DNA of 64,000 nucleotides from Candidatus Kaiserbacteria bacterium (GTDB lineage Bacteria; Patescibacteriota; Minisyncoccia; Phycocordibacterales; UBA2100): NCBI GenBank assembly GCA_028286585.1, contig JAQBRI010000005.1, positions 13,973 to 77,972 of the forward strand, read 5' to 3'. Shown piece by piece: positions 51,587 to 59,618 of this stretch (position 1 is its first letter; each line of letters starts with the position of its first letter). The notes under the pieces were generated by a model. It saw only the letters and a program-made list of their open reading frames with translations, ran no database searches and was not told where the DNA came from. The position numbers and the translations under genes were made by a program.

Positions 51587-52990
51587 TTAGACTCGCTTAG
51601 GGACAAATCGTGTGATTCCCCCGTTCATGTAGATAACCAAGTACGCGGCAGATGCAGCAAAAAGTGCAAGAACTGCCCAGTACGCGATATCGCCAAGAGT
51701 TCCCAAATCAAATCCGGTATAAGGAATCTGATCAAGCGCAATGTATGGTGCAGAATTATTTGCAACTGTGCCGTTCGTTACATATTGCGTATATGTTTGC
51801 GCTGGAGTGTAAGACGGAGTTACAACATTGTTGTTGTTATTATTGTTGTTGATAATAATTGGACTTCCATTCTGGAAATTTGTTCCGCCGTACACTATTG
51901 GTTGTGGCTGTGGGTACGGCTGATTGTGTTGCATTTGCACCACAACCTGACACGTTCCATGAGATCCGTTAGTACCAGTTACTGTAAGTGTGAATGTTCC
52001 CCCGCTTGTTGTAACTACTTGTGTGCCCGAGAGTGCTACGCGACCAGATCCTGACGCTGCAGAAAGTGATGCAATCGTTGCGTACTGCGAATTCCAGGTA
52101 AGTGTCACTCGCTGATTTGCGGCTGTGATGTACGAAGGATTGGCACTGATGGTACACGAAGGAGTGTAAACAGGAGTTGGTTGAGGTTGAGGTTGAGGAT
52201 ATGTTGGGTACGTAGGGTAACTTGGGTACGAAGGTGTTGCTGGATAACTTGGATTACTTCGAGCCGGTGCGTATTGCACTGATGATCCCTGAGCTATTGA
52301 GTAACCTTGTGAGGAATATCCCTGTGAAGATGAGTATCCTTGTGACTGTGTGTATCCACCACCTGTCGCCTGCTGATATGCAGGATTTACGAAACAGGTT
52401 GAACAATTTGAAGGATTGTATTCTCCAATTATCTGACCCGTTGATGGATCGTACTGTCCAATCACCATTCCGGTGGACGGATCATACTGACCAATTATTG
52501 TGCCAGTCGATGGGTCATATTGACCGATTACTGTTCCAGTAGATGGATCAAATTGACCAATAACACTTGGGTCATACTGACCGATTACTGTGCCTGTCGA
52601 TGGATCAAATTGACCGATCACCGAAGGATCGTATTGTCCTATTACAGAACTATCATTATATGATCCGTAGTCATAGCCTGTGTTATACCCAGTATCAAAT
52701 GAGCCTGAGTCGTAACCAGTGTTATAACCTGAATCGAAGTTTCCATAATCGTACCCGGTATTATAAGAATCATTGTTGTATGATCCGTAGTCGTAGCCGG
52801 TGTTGTATGAACCAGTATCAAATGATCCTGAGTCATAACCAGAGTTATATCCCGAATCAAATGAACCTGAGTCGTACCCTGCGTCATACTGTGCGTGCGC
52901 TAATGCTGGCATTGCAACAAACGAGACTGACATAATAAACACGCCAACTGACATTGTTACGTTTTGAAACACTTGTGTAATAGATTTCAT
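51587..52990 (-). CDS. cell-surface repeat protein, paralogue 2 (GYDSGSFDTGYNT and VIGQYDPSTGT repeat blocks, Asn8 tract, Ig-like domain, C-terminal IPYTG–TM–basic tail)
   Basis: The product has a signal peptide. It shares with paralogue 1 the blocks QGYSSQGYSIAQGSSVQYAP, IINNNNNNNNVVTP, LDQIPYTGFDLG and YLVIYMNGG. It ends …GGITRFVPKRV. Confidence 0.6.
   Translation of the reverse strand: MKSITQVFQNVTMSVGVFIMSVSFVAMPALAHAQYDAGYDSGSFDSGYNSGYDSGSFDTGSYNTGYDYGSYNNDSYNTGYDYGNFDSGYNTGYDSGSFDTGYNTGYDYGSYNDSSVIGQYDPSVIGQFDPSTGTVIGQYDPSVIGQFDPSTGTVIGQYDPSTGTIIGQYDPSTGMVIGQYDPSTGQIIGEYNPSNCSTCFVNPAYQQATGGGYTQSQGYSSSQGYSSQGYSIAQGSSVQYAPARSNPSYPATPSYPSYPTYPTYPQPQPQPTPVYTPSCTISANPSYITAANQRVTLTWNSQYATIASLSAASGSGRVALSGTQVVTTSGGTFTLTVTGTNGSHGTCQVVVQMQHNQPYPQPQPIVYGGTNFQNGSPIIINNNNNNNNVVTPSYTPAQTYTQYVTNGTVANNSAPYIALDQIPYTGFDLGTLGDIAYWAVLALFAASAAYLVIYMNGGITRFVPKRV
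52405..52882. repeat. coding tandem repeats of paralogue 2 (two different approximately 33–39-nt unit families)
   Basis: Visible in the translation: (GYDSGSFDTGYNTGYDYGSYN)x3-4, then (VIGQYDPSTGT)x7. Confidence 0.6.
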
Positions 52991-53144
52991 AATATTTTTT
53001 ATAAACTAACTGCTAATAGATACCCAATCCTCCCTAAGTGACTAAAAAGGTTCTAGTCATAATCTGGATACATTATAACAAAAAGGAGACCCGTTGTCAA
53101 GTGTTACTTGATAACGGGTCTTTTGGCAGGTTTCCCTGCAAGGA

Positions 53145-53660
53145 TCAGCGGTTCGATGGAATGAGCGCCTTGCACTGCTGTTTCAAGGCCTCGACGTCGT
53201 AGAAATCACGCGACATCACCTGCAACGGCAACATGTCGGGGGTTTTCTCTCCATTCCACGACGTCCGATACAAGACAGCGTCGGCAACGAGACCGTTCGC
53301 ATCAGGAACGCAGCGGGCATTGTGTACTTCGCCATCCTTGATGTTGTCGGGCACCTTGATCTGCGTGGTGCCGACTTTTTCGGTGTTCACATCGGTGCGT
53401 TTGAAAGTAACCCGCACTGCAACACCGTTGGGTGTCGCGCGTGCGTCTGCGGCACATTTCTGCATCGCTGCAATGTCGACATTCCTGAACGTCAACTCAA
53501 AGTTGGGCTTCGTCACATCGGGCCGGGACACGGTTACCGCCTTACATCCATCAGTGGTGATGGAGATAGTCGTTGGCTCCATGCCACCAATCACATCGGC
53601 GGCGAAAGCCGGAGCGGTGATCATTGCGCTGAAACCGAGTGCAAAAACAATGTTTTTCAA
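53145..53660 (-). CDS. secreted hypothetical protein (171 aa) in GC-rich island
   Basis: The product has a signal peptide (MKNIVFALGFSAMITAPAFA) and 4 Cys. A hairpin terminator (gacccgtt…aacgggtc + T-run) lies downstream at 53090–53125. Confidence 0.45.
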   Translation of the reverse strand: MKNIVFALGFSAMITAPAFAADVIGGMEPTTISITTDGCKAVTVSRPDVTKPNFELTFRNVDIAAMQKCAADARATPNGVAVRVTFKRTDVNTEKVGTTQIKVPDNIKDGEVHNARCVPDANGLVADAVLYRTSWNGEKTPDMLPLQVMSRDFYDVEALKQQCKALIPSNR

Positions 53661-53832
53661 GGGACACCTATGCTGTTGGAAGGAAAAATTTCCTTCGCTG
53701 TTATACCTCTTGTAGTATATCAGATTATACTAAAAAGTCAATAGCATTAAAATGGCTCAAAATATAGGAAATATGACAAAAGAAGAAGGCGGACAGAAAT
53801 ATTTCTGTCCGCCTTCGAAAGAGCGTTTTGCA

Positions 53833-54162
53833 TCACCTGATGCATTGGTTGCCAACTTCATGGCCGCCTTGGCTGCGACACCAGATGACGAAGTCATTAT
53901 AGGTGTCGCGCGGTTGCACGAAAGTCGGGTTACGAAACTGGCGAACTTGCCAATTTCGCTGCACCACGATCCGTTGCTGCGGAGCGACCAGTATCGGATA
54001 GTTCGGTCGAACCGGTCCCCTGGTGACAAAGCCACCAGGGCACGGGACGGTTGCCCATGCATGCGGGTTCATTGTCTCCTGCTCGCAAAGCGCCGAAGCC
54101 GGCGAAATTGCAAACAAAAGACCTACGGCGAAAGCAATGGTAATCAACGTTTGTTTCAGCAT
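53833..54162 (-). CDS. small secreted protein with C-terminal WC…GG…GNQC motif (family member 1)
   Basis: The product has a signal peptide. The C-terminus is NDFVIWCRSQGGHEVGNQCIR. A terminator hairpin lies at 53780–53810. Confidence 0.45.
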   Translation of the reverse strand: MLKQTLITIAFAVGLLFAISPASALCEQETMNPHAWATVPCPGGFVTRGPVRPNYPILVAPQQRIVVQRNWQVRQFRNPTFVQPRDTYNDFVIWCRSQGGHEVGNQCIR

Positions 54163-54174
54163 GACTTTCTCCTA

Positions 54175-54606
54175 CTATTTTCTGCATAGGTTGCCATCCA
54201 TATGGCCGCCCTGGGTGGCGCACCATCTTTCGAGAGCGGCGCGACCTCCTTCTGCATCGTTGAACCGCCTGATACCACCGGCTGCCGCAACCTGAGTTAC
54301 GGATACCTGGGGCGCAGGGGCGCGAATACACTGGTTGCCCACCATATTGCCGCCTTCACTGGTGCACCATCTGGTAAGTGCTGCAAGTCCGCCGCTTTGA
54401 TCATTGAATCGGCGAATCGAAGACGATGTTACCGCTGCTTGCACAACTGGTGCATGGGCGGCGGTAACATACGAATCAGGATCGCCGCGAACCGTTCTTA
54501 CGAACGAATTGATCGAGCCGACGACCACCGCAAATGCGATAACGCCGAGGATGATCATCCCAGCAGGGCCGGAACCCGAACTATGAGAAGCTGCATGATC
54601 TACCAT
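54175..54606 (-). CDS. membrane-anchored protein with two WC…GG…GNQC motif repeats (family member 2)
   Basis: The product has an N-terminal TM helix. The repeats are IRRFNDQSGGLAALTRWCTSEGGNMVGNQCIR and IRRFNDAEGGRAALERWCATQGGHMDGNLCRK. Confidence 0.45.
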   Translation of the reverse strand: MVDHAASHSSGSGPAGMIILGVIAFAVVVGSINSFVRTVRGDPDSYVTAAHAPVVQAAVTSSSIRRFNDQSGGLAALTRWCTSEGGNMVGNQCIRAPAPQVSVTQVAAAGGIRRFNDAEGGRAALERWCATQGGHMDGNLCRK

Positions 54607-54615
54607 TCTTGTCTC

Positions 54616-54849
54616 CTACTTAATGCATTGATAACCGTTCATGGTGCCATTTTGACTATCGCACCACTGTTTTAGGCCATCATAGCCACCGTTCTTGTAA
54701 TCGAAATGTCGAATGCCGTCCGATTGGACAGTACCGCCATACCGCGAGCCATAATAGAAGGGCGATGGCCAGTTGAAAAGCCATGCGAGGAAGAGATAAA
54801 TACTCAATGCCAGCAAAATGCCAGCAGCAGTCTGTAGTGCGCGATCCAT
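54616..54849 (-). CDS. small membrane-anchored protein with WC…GNQC-type motif (family member 3)
   Basis: The product has a TM helix followed by IRHFDYKNGGYDGLKQWCDSQNGTMNGYQCIK. It lies 9 nt upstream of member 2. Confidence 0.4.
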   Translation of the reverse strand: MDRALQTAAGILLALSIYLFLAWLFNWPSPFYYGSRYGGTVQSDGIRHFDYKNGGYDGLKQWCDSQNGTMNGYQCIK

Positions 54850-54995
54850 TGCGTTTCTCCGTTATTTGATGTGATAGAGCTCGGATAAAATTATCCGTTG
54901 TTAGTAGTATAACAGAATATAGATATTTGTCAATAGTATATAAAAAGAAGGAGTGACGACATGCGTCACTCCTTGTTGCAAGCCAATATTGGCTG

Positions 54996-55646
54996 CTACG
55001 TTGGGCGTTTAAGCTTTTCGGCAACGACCTCTCCGATCACCTGTCCCATTCTTTCGATCGAATGTTCGTTGATAATCAAATCGATTGAAGAGCCACTAAG
55101 AGCGGCTGCTGCTGGCGTTGCACCTGCTCGCACACCTTCGAGCCCTACCTGCGCACGACGAAATTGATAGTAGAGCACGTCAGGAATTGCATACCAGAGA
55201 AAGGCAGCGATTACGAGAACCGTGTTCACGTTCATCGGCGCAAGCGGAAAGCCGAATCCCAGCATCACATTCGAGGATACCGGAAACCACGACAGAATTG
55301 CGCCAACTAAGACGACAACCACTGCAATGCTTCCCAGAAAATCAAGCCATGCATACCATGCAGTGCGCGGACGTGTGTAGGCGACGTAGGTCTGATATGT
55401 ATAAATCAGACCGGCTACCGGCCAGGCGAGAACTCCCCATGGCATCACTTCGCTCCCGATCATAAACCGGAGCGAAATCGGTGCAAGGCCGGAGAGAATT
55501 CCAAAGAGAACGGCAGTTGTAACTGCCATCACAAAGAATCCGAGATAGCTATGGACTTCGCCCATGCGATTGGCAAGCGGATGTGTATGCGCAACTGAAT
55601 CGGTCATGCGAAAACTCCTTATGTAGACTTGTTTATGCCACCACAA
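54996..55646 (-). CDS. hypothetical polytopic membrane protein (4–5 TM)
   Basis: The gene heads the minus-strand string of WC-motif genes. The start is probably MTDSVAHT. Moderately high GC. Confidence 0.4.
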   Translation of the reverse strand: MWWHKQVYIRSFRMTDSVAHTHPLANRMGEVHSYLGFFVMAVTTAVLFGILSGLAPISLRFMIGSEVMPWGVLAWPVAGLIYTYQTYVAYTRPRTAWYAWLDFLGSIAVVVVLVGAILSWFPVSSNVMLGFGFPLAPMNVNTVLVIAAFLWYAIPDVLYYQFRRAQVGLEGVRAGATPAAAALSGSSIDLIINEHSIERMGQVIGEVVAEKLKRPT

Positions 55647-55682
55647 CGGTGGAAAACTAAAGTAATATTATCACAAATTATG

Positions 55683-55880
55683 CTATTTGTCAATAGGCGT
55701 TTCCTCGGCGCTTTCTTTGCCCATGAGGTCAATAAAAGTAGCAAGAGCAATTTCATGCTGTGTGTCCCCTGGCAATTGCGGAAACGCATTTGCAAGCAAG
55801 GTTTTTGCCTCTTCTTCCCTACCTTGCGCGACCAGATTGGTAACCTGTTCTATCAGTACACTGATTTGATTTTCGTCCAT
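55683..55880 (-). CDS. small acidic hypothetical protein (65 aa)
   Basis: The ORF lies 10 nt downstream of the large charged-protein gene on the same strand. Backbone-like GC. Confidence 0.3.
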   Translation of the reverse strand: MDENQISVLIEQVTNLVAQGREEEAKTLLANAFPQLPGDTQHEIALATFIDLMGKESAEETPIDK

Positions 55881-55889
55881 ATATGTTAG

Positions 55890-57925
55890 TTAGTCAGTCT
55901 TAAGATGCTCACGTTTCTTATTAAAAAGTGCCTTGACGAGTGATTTAAACATTTGCGACCAAAATCCCTGACCCTTTGTATTATAGGTTTGGCGCATTTC
56001 GGATGGTTCCCATGTATTTCGAAACGAAGTCCTATCTTCTTGGGTTAAATCTTTCCAGGTTTTGCCTTGCCGAGCTGCAAATGCCGCCTTGTCGCGTTCA
56101 AACCATTCTTGTGTCTTCGTTTCAACATTTGCCTGTGCCTCTTTTGCTTCTTGAGCGGTATGTGGGCCAGACTCGCGCTCATCTTTTACATTCTCTTCTC
56201 CAAATTCACCAAAGGTTACGCGCTTTTTAAATGATTCTTCTTGAACCACATCACTCATTACACTCGAAATCTCGTCCATTGAATCCCGTGCCTGGCGGAC
56301 AGGAGAACCTATTACACGACTCGACGGAGCCATTGTGCCATCAAGTATCTTCCATGGTTGCTTCCAAGAAAATTCTGGACTGAGTAGGCGCATATCACGC
56401 GTCTTGTCATCGATCACAATCGCGCGCTCCAAAATGTTTTCAGCCTTATCACGCGCCTGATTCATCGCACGAATATCCGCACGACTAATAAAACGCAGCC
56501 ATGATGTTTTGTTCGCTTCTCTGAATTCCCGGTAAAATTTTTCTTCGAGTCTTTTTCTGGTTTCTTCGCGCTCTTGTTCTGTATTTAATGTAAACATTTT
56601 ATCAATGTCCTCCTCCCTGATGCCAGTATCAGCTGCCAATTTCTTTGCATCCTTTTGCCACCATTCGTATCGCTTTGTGTCGCGACCATCGCCTAATGTT
56701 TCATATGATTTAAGAAGACTGTCCACCTTGTCTGGATCTCGCATAGCGAGGTGTGGCAATTCTTTTTTAAGTGCCGCTGTCATTTGCTCAAGGCCATAAT
56801 TGGTAACCATACTTGCAAATGTCTCGTCTCGCTTGGCCATTAGAGCCACATCACTTGATTTGAGTTTTGCAATTGCTTCGTTTGATTTTTTGATGCCTCT
56901 CGCGAGTTCTTTTAGCGCAAAGGTAATAATTTTATCTTGCTCAGAAGTTAGCACGCCCTTCATTTTTCCGTGATAGAGCAGATCCTCTCTTTGTGCCGCG
57001 TCCGGTAAGATACGATTTAACACTTCGCCGAACAACTGCTCTTGTACTTTGTCTTTTATGACTTCCTGCAATGGTTTGACCTCGAGATTGATATAGCGAC
57101 TCTCGTCAACATTATTCCAAGGCTTACTGCTTTCGGTAGCATTATTGGTCTCAAAATTTTTCCCAATACCACCTTTTGAAATATCACTACTCTTTGATGT
57201 TTCCCGAATTGATTCTTTTTTAGATTCAGTATTTTTTTCTCAGATCCGGTTTCATTCCGTTCTTGCTTTGCTGATCGAAACTGTTTTTCTGCCCACTTAT
57301 CATTATTTCTTTGAATTTCTTCTGCAGAATATTTTTTGAGTTTTGTACTCTTGTGAATCCAGTAGTCAGCGCCTGTTGGGGCAACAGCATTATCGTCTCC
57401 TTGTTTCATTCCCTTAACAATCGTGAATCCATTTGGATCAAGCGGAGCGGGCTCTTCTTCGGGATCAGGTGCAGTTTCTGACGGTGCCTCAGCCGAAGGA
57501 CCTGCATCCGGAGCTATAGTTTCGCCGGTATCGTCACTTTTTTCTGACTCAACAGATGGTACTACTGATGGCACCGGTGGTTCTGATGTAAGTGCTGGGA
57601 GCTTTGTGGGTAATATTTGATCTGCAGCAACTGAGGCAGGCTCGTTTTTATTTTCTGGTTTGTGATTCTCAAGAAATTTTTCAATATCTGTTGGAATTTC
57701 CTCTTGTCTAAATGATCGGGGAAATTTAGGAAGATTTCCTTCCGGTGAGCTATCGGGATTAAAATGCTGTCTCTCTCGTTCTATTTCTGCAGCATCATCT
57801 AGTATTACTACTTTATTATTTTTATCAAAATACCAAAAATCTCCAGCTTGATTAAAATATAGACTATCAATTACGTTCAGTTGTTCTGATTTTTCATTTT
57901 TGCTTGGAATTCCATCCAGCGACAT
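55890..57925 (-). pseudogene. large charged (K/E/D-rich) cytoplasmic protein of about 680 aa, interrupted by a +1 frameshift at an A7 homopolymer (ORFs 57056..57925 and 55890..57071)
   Basis: Upstream of the A7 run (T7 on + at 57252–57258) the protein reads …KQERNETGSEKK. The alternative frame then gives natural-looking charged sequence (NTESKKESIRETSK…NLEVKPLQEVIKD) contiguous with the downstream ORF. The annotated frame instead gives a hydrophobic junk tail. The downstream ORF needs a TTG start. Confidence 0.45.
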
Positions 57926-58002
57926 ATGCAGGAATCATAACATATAAAAAATGACAGCGGGAATTGCTTCCCGCTGTCAGTTGAAAGATCAAAAGCTCGC
58001 GC

Positions 58003-58803
58003 TTAAGCTGCGAGCAGTTGGCTTGCGGCCAGTCGCTCGTAGCGCGGAGCATATTTCTCCGCGGGCACATCCCTGTAAACCAGCTTGTCCTTTTCCACCA
58101 TAACGAGGTAGAACTTGTCGAGCTGGCGCACCAGGATGGCTTCGCTGTCTTTTGTCGAATAGCGAATCCGCCACAGACGCGCGTTCCAGAGTGCGACACC
58201 ACCGACGACCCTGCCGGAACGTTCGCTGACCATTTCAGCAGATGATTCTCGAATCGCTTCGGAATCTCCCGCATCGGTCGGCGTAACTTTCTTGCTTCGG
58301 GTTTTCTTCGCGCTTGCATCGACGACAACTGTGCCGCCGATGAACGCGATGGAGCCGTGCCTGAAGAAGCCGCTCTGGATCACTTGGAAGGTTCCATCTT
58401 CTTCCATGATGTCCCCCGTCCATGCTTCGCAATACATCGTCCGCTCTTCGTCGCACTGCATCGCCTTAATGATGCCGGGCGCAACCTCCTTGAAGGTTGC
58501 GAAGTCGACGTATTTTTTTGGATGCGATACCTTGTTGAAATCGCGGACTCGAACCCTGTTGTCCATATTGGTTGCGTGAATCGGAATGATCACGCCGCCG
58601 GCCTTGAGGTCGAGACTGGGCTTTCCATCAACATCGGGGAGATGCTGACCGGGTCCCACACCGATGCCCGCGTAGAACTTGTCGGCGTCCTTGATTGCGT
58701 TATCCGCGTATCGGAGACCGTCTCGAAGAATCTTGCCGTCCTTGGGCTTAGCGCCCGGCATGAAGCGGAAGGTATTCTGAAGCGTCTTTTCGATTCTGGC
58801 CAT
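58003..58803 (-). CDS. hypothetical protein (266 aa) in GC-rich island
   Basis: GC is about 60%. There is no signal peptide and no recognisable motif. Confidence 0.4.
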   Translation of the reverse strand: MARIEKTLQNTFRFMPGAKPKDGKILRDGLRYADNAIKDADKFYAGIGVGPGQHLPDVDGKPSLDLKAGGVIIPIHATNMDNRVRVRDFNKVSHPKKYVDFATFKEVAPGIIKAMQCDEERTMYCEAWTGDIMEEDGTFQVIQSGFFRHGSIAFIGGTVVVDASAKKTRSKKVTPTDAGDSEAIRESSAEMVSERSGRVVGGVALWNARLWRIRYSTKDSEAILVRQLDKFYLVMVEKDKLVYRDVPAEKYAPRYERLAASQLLAA

Positions 58804-58938
58804 GAAATGCCTCCTCAGTTAGATGCGAGCCCTATGCTCTAGGTGCAATCATATCATTTTTTGGACAAAAGTCAAGGACGGGATTTTATCCCGCCCTGTA
58901 AGGTTTTTACTGCTTTCCGCGGTGTTTTAATACGCCCT

Positions 58939-59550
58939 TTAATGGCTTTCGGTCTCGAACCGCCGCTGCGACGAGGTCGCTTGAAGGTAGTTTGAAACCA
59001 ATGGATAGAGCACATTGATGGTCAGGAGCGTATTCAAAAGCGTGAGCGCAAGAATCATCCATTCGATCCAACCGTATCGAATGTCGATATATGCGCCGTT
59101 GCTCACCTTTGCCACGATCCATATGACGAAAGCGAACGTGACGCCCCAATATGGAAGCATCATACTCCTGCGCTGATGCTCGGTTTGGTCGGTGTTGAGA
59201 ATTCCGTTGAGCGCTATCTGCGCGGTTATCTCAGACACCTCGATGTACCAATAGATCATTGGCACAAAGGCAAACCACAACAATGCGATCATGAGCTTGA
59301 TGAGGAAGAATATGTGAAAATATTCCATCCCCATCACCGGAACAAGGATCGCAACGGCGATAGCATATATTAGTGCATCCCACGACCCGAGGAAAAGCAT
59401 TCGCTTATGGTGCTCTTTCGAATGAAGATTCATTCCTCGACCGAGCTTGCCAAGAATGACAATGGGTCTAAACCCGCGCGGCTGAGGAGCGGAAGGCGTG
59501 GGCGACGGCGTCGCAGAATTATTGGCATCGGACATCTGTTTTCTCCACAT
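58939..59550 (-). CDS. hypothetical membrane protein (about 4 TM)
   Basis: The product has a Pro/Ser-rich N-terminal tail (start probably MSDANN) and a hydrophobic core. Confidence 0.4.
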   Translation of the reverse strand: MWRKQMSDANNSATPSPTPSAPQPRGFRPIVILGKLGRGMNLHSKEHHKRMLFLGSWDALIYAIAVAILVPVMGMEYFHIFFLIKLMIALLWFAFVPMIYWYIEVSEITAQIALNGILNTDQTEHQRRSMMLPYWGVTFAFVIWIVAKVSNGAYIDIRYGWIEWMILALTLLNTLLTINVLYPLVSNYLQATSSQRRFETESH

Positions 59551-59618
59551 TGGTATCCCGAAACAGTTCGGGCACTGAGCGAAGTAATACGTTAATTTGT
59601 ATGTTATGTCAATGACTA

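Noticed and set aside
57894-58328. ORF 57894..58328 (144 aa, minus strand)
   Set aside because: It overlaps the 5' end of the 57056..57925 gene and the 3' end of 58003..58803 in other frames. It is Arg-rich with junk-like composition and is probably spurious.
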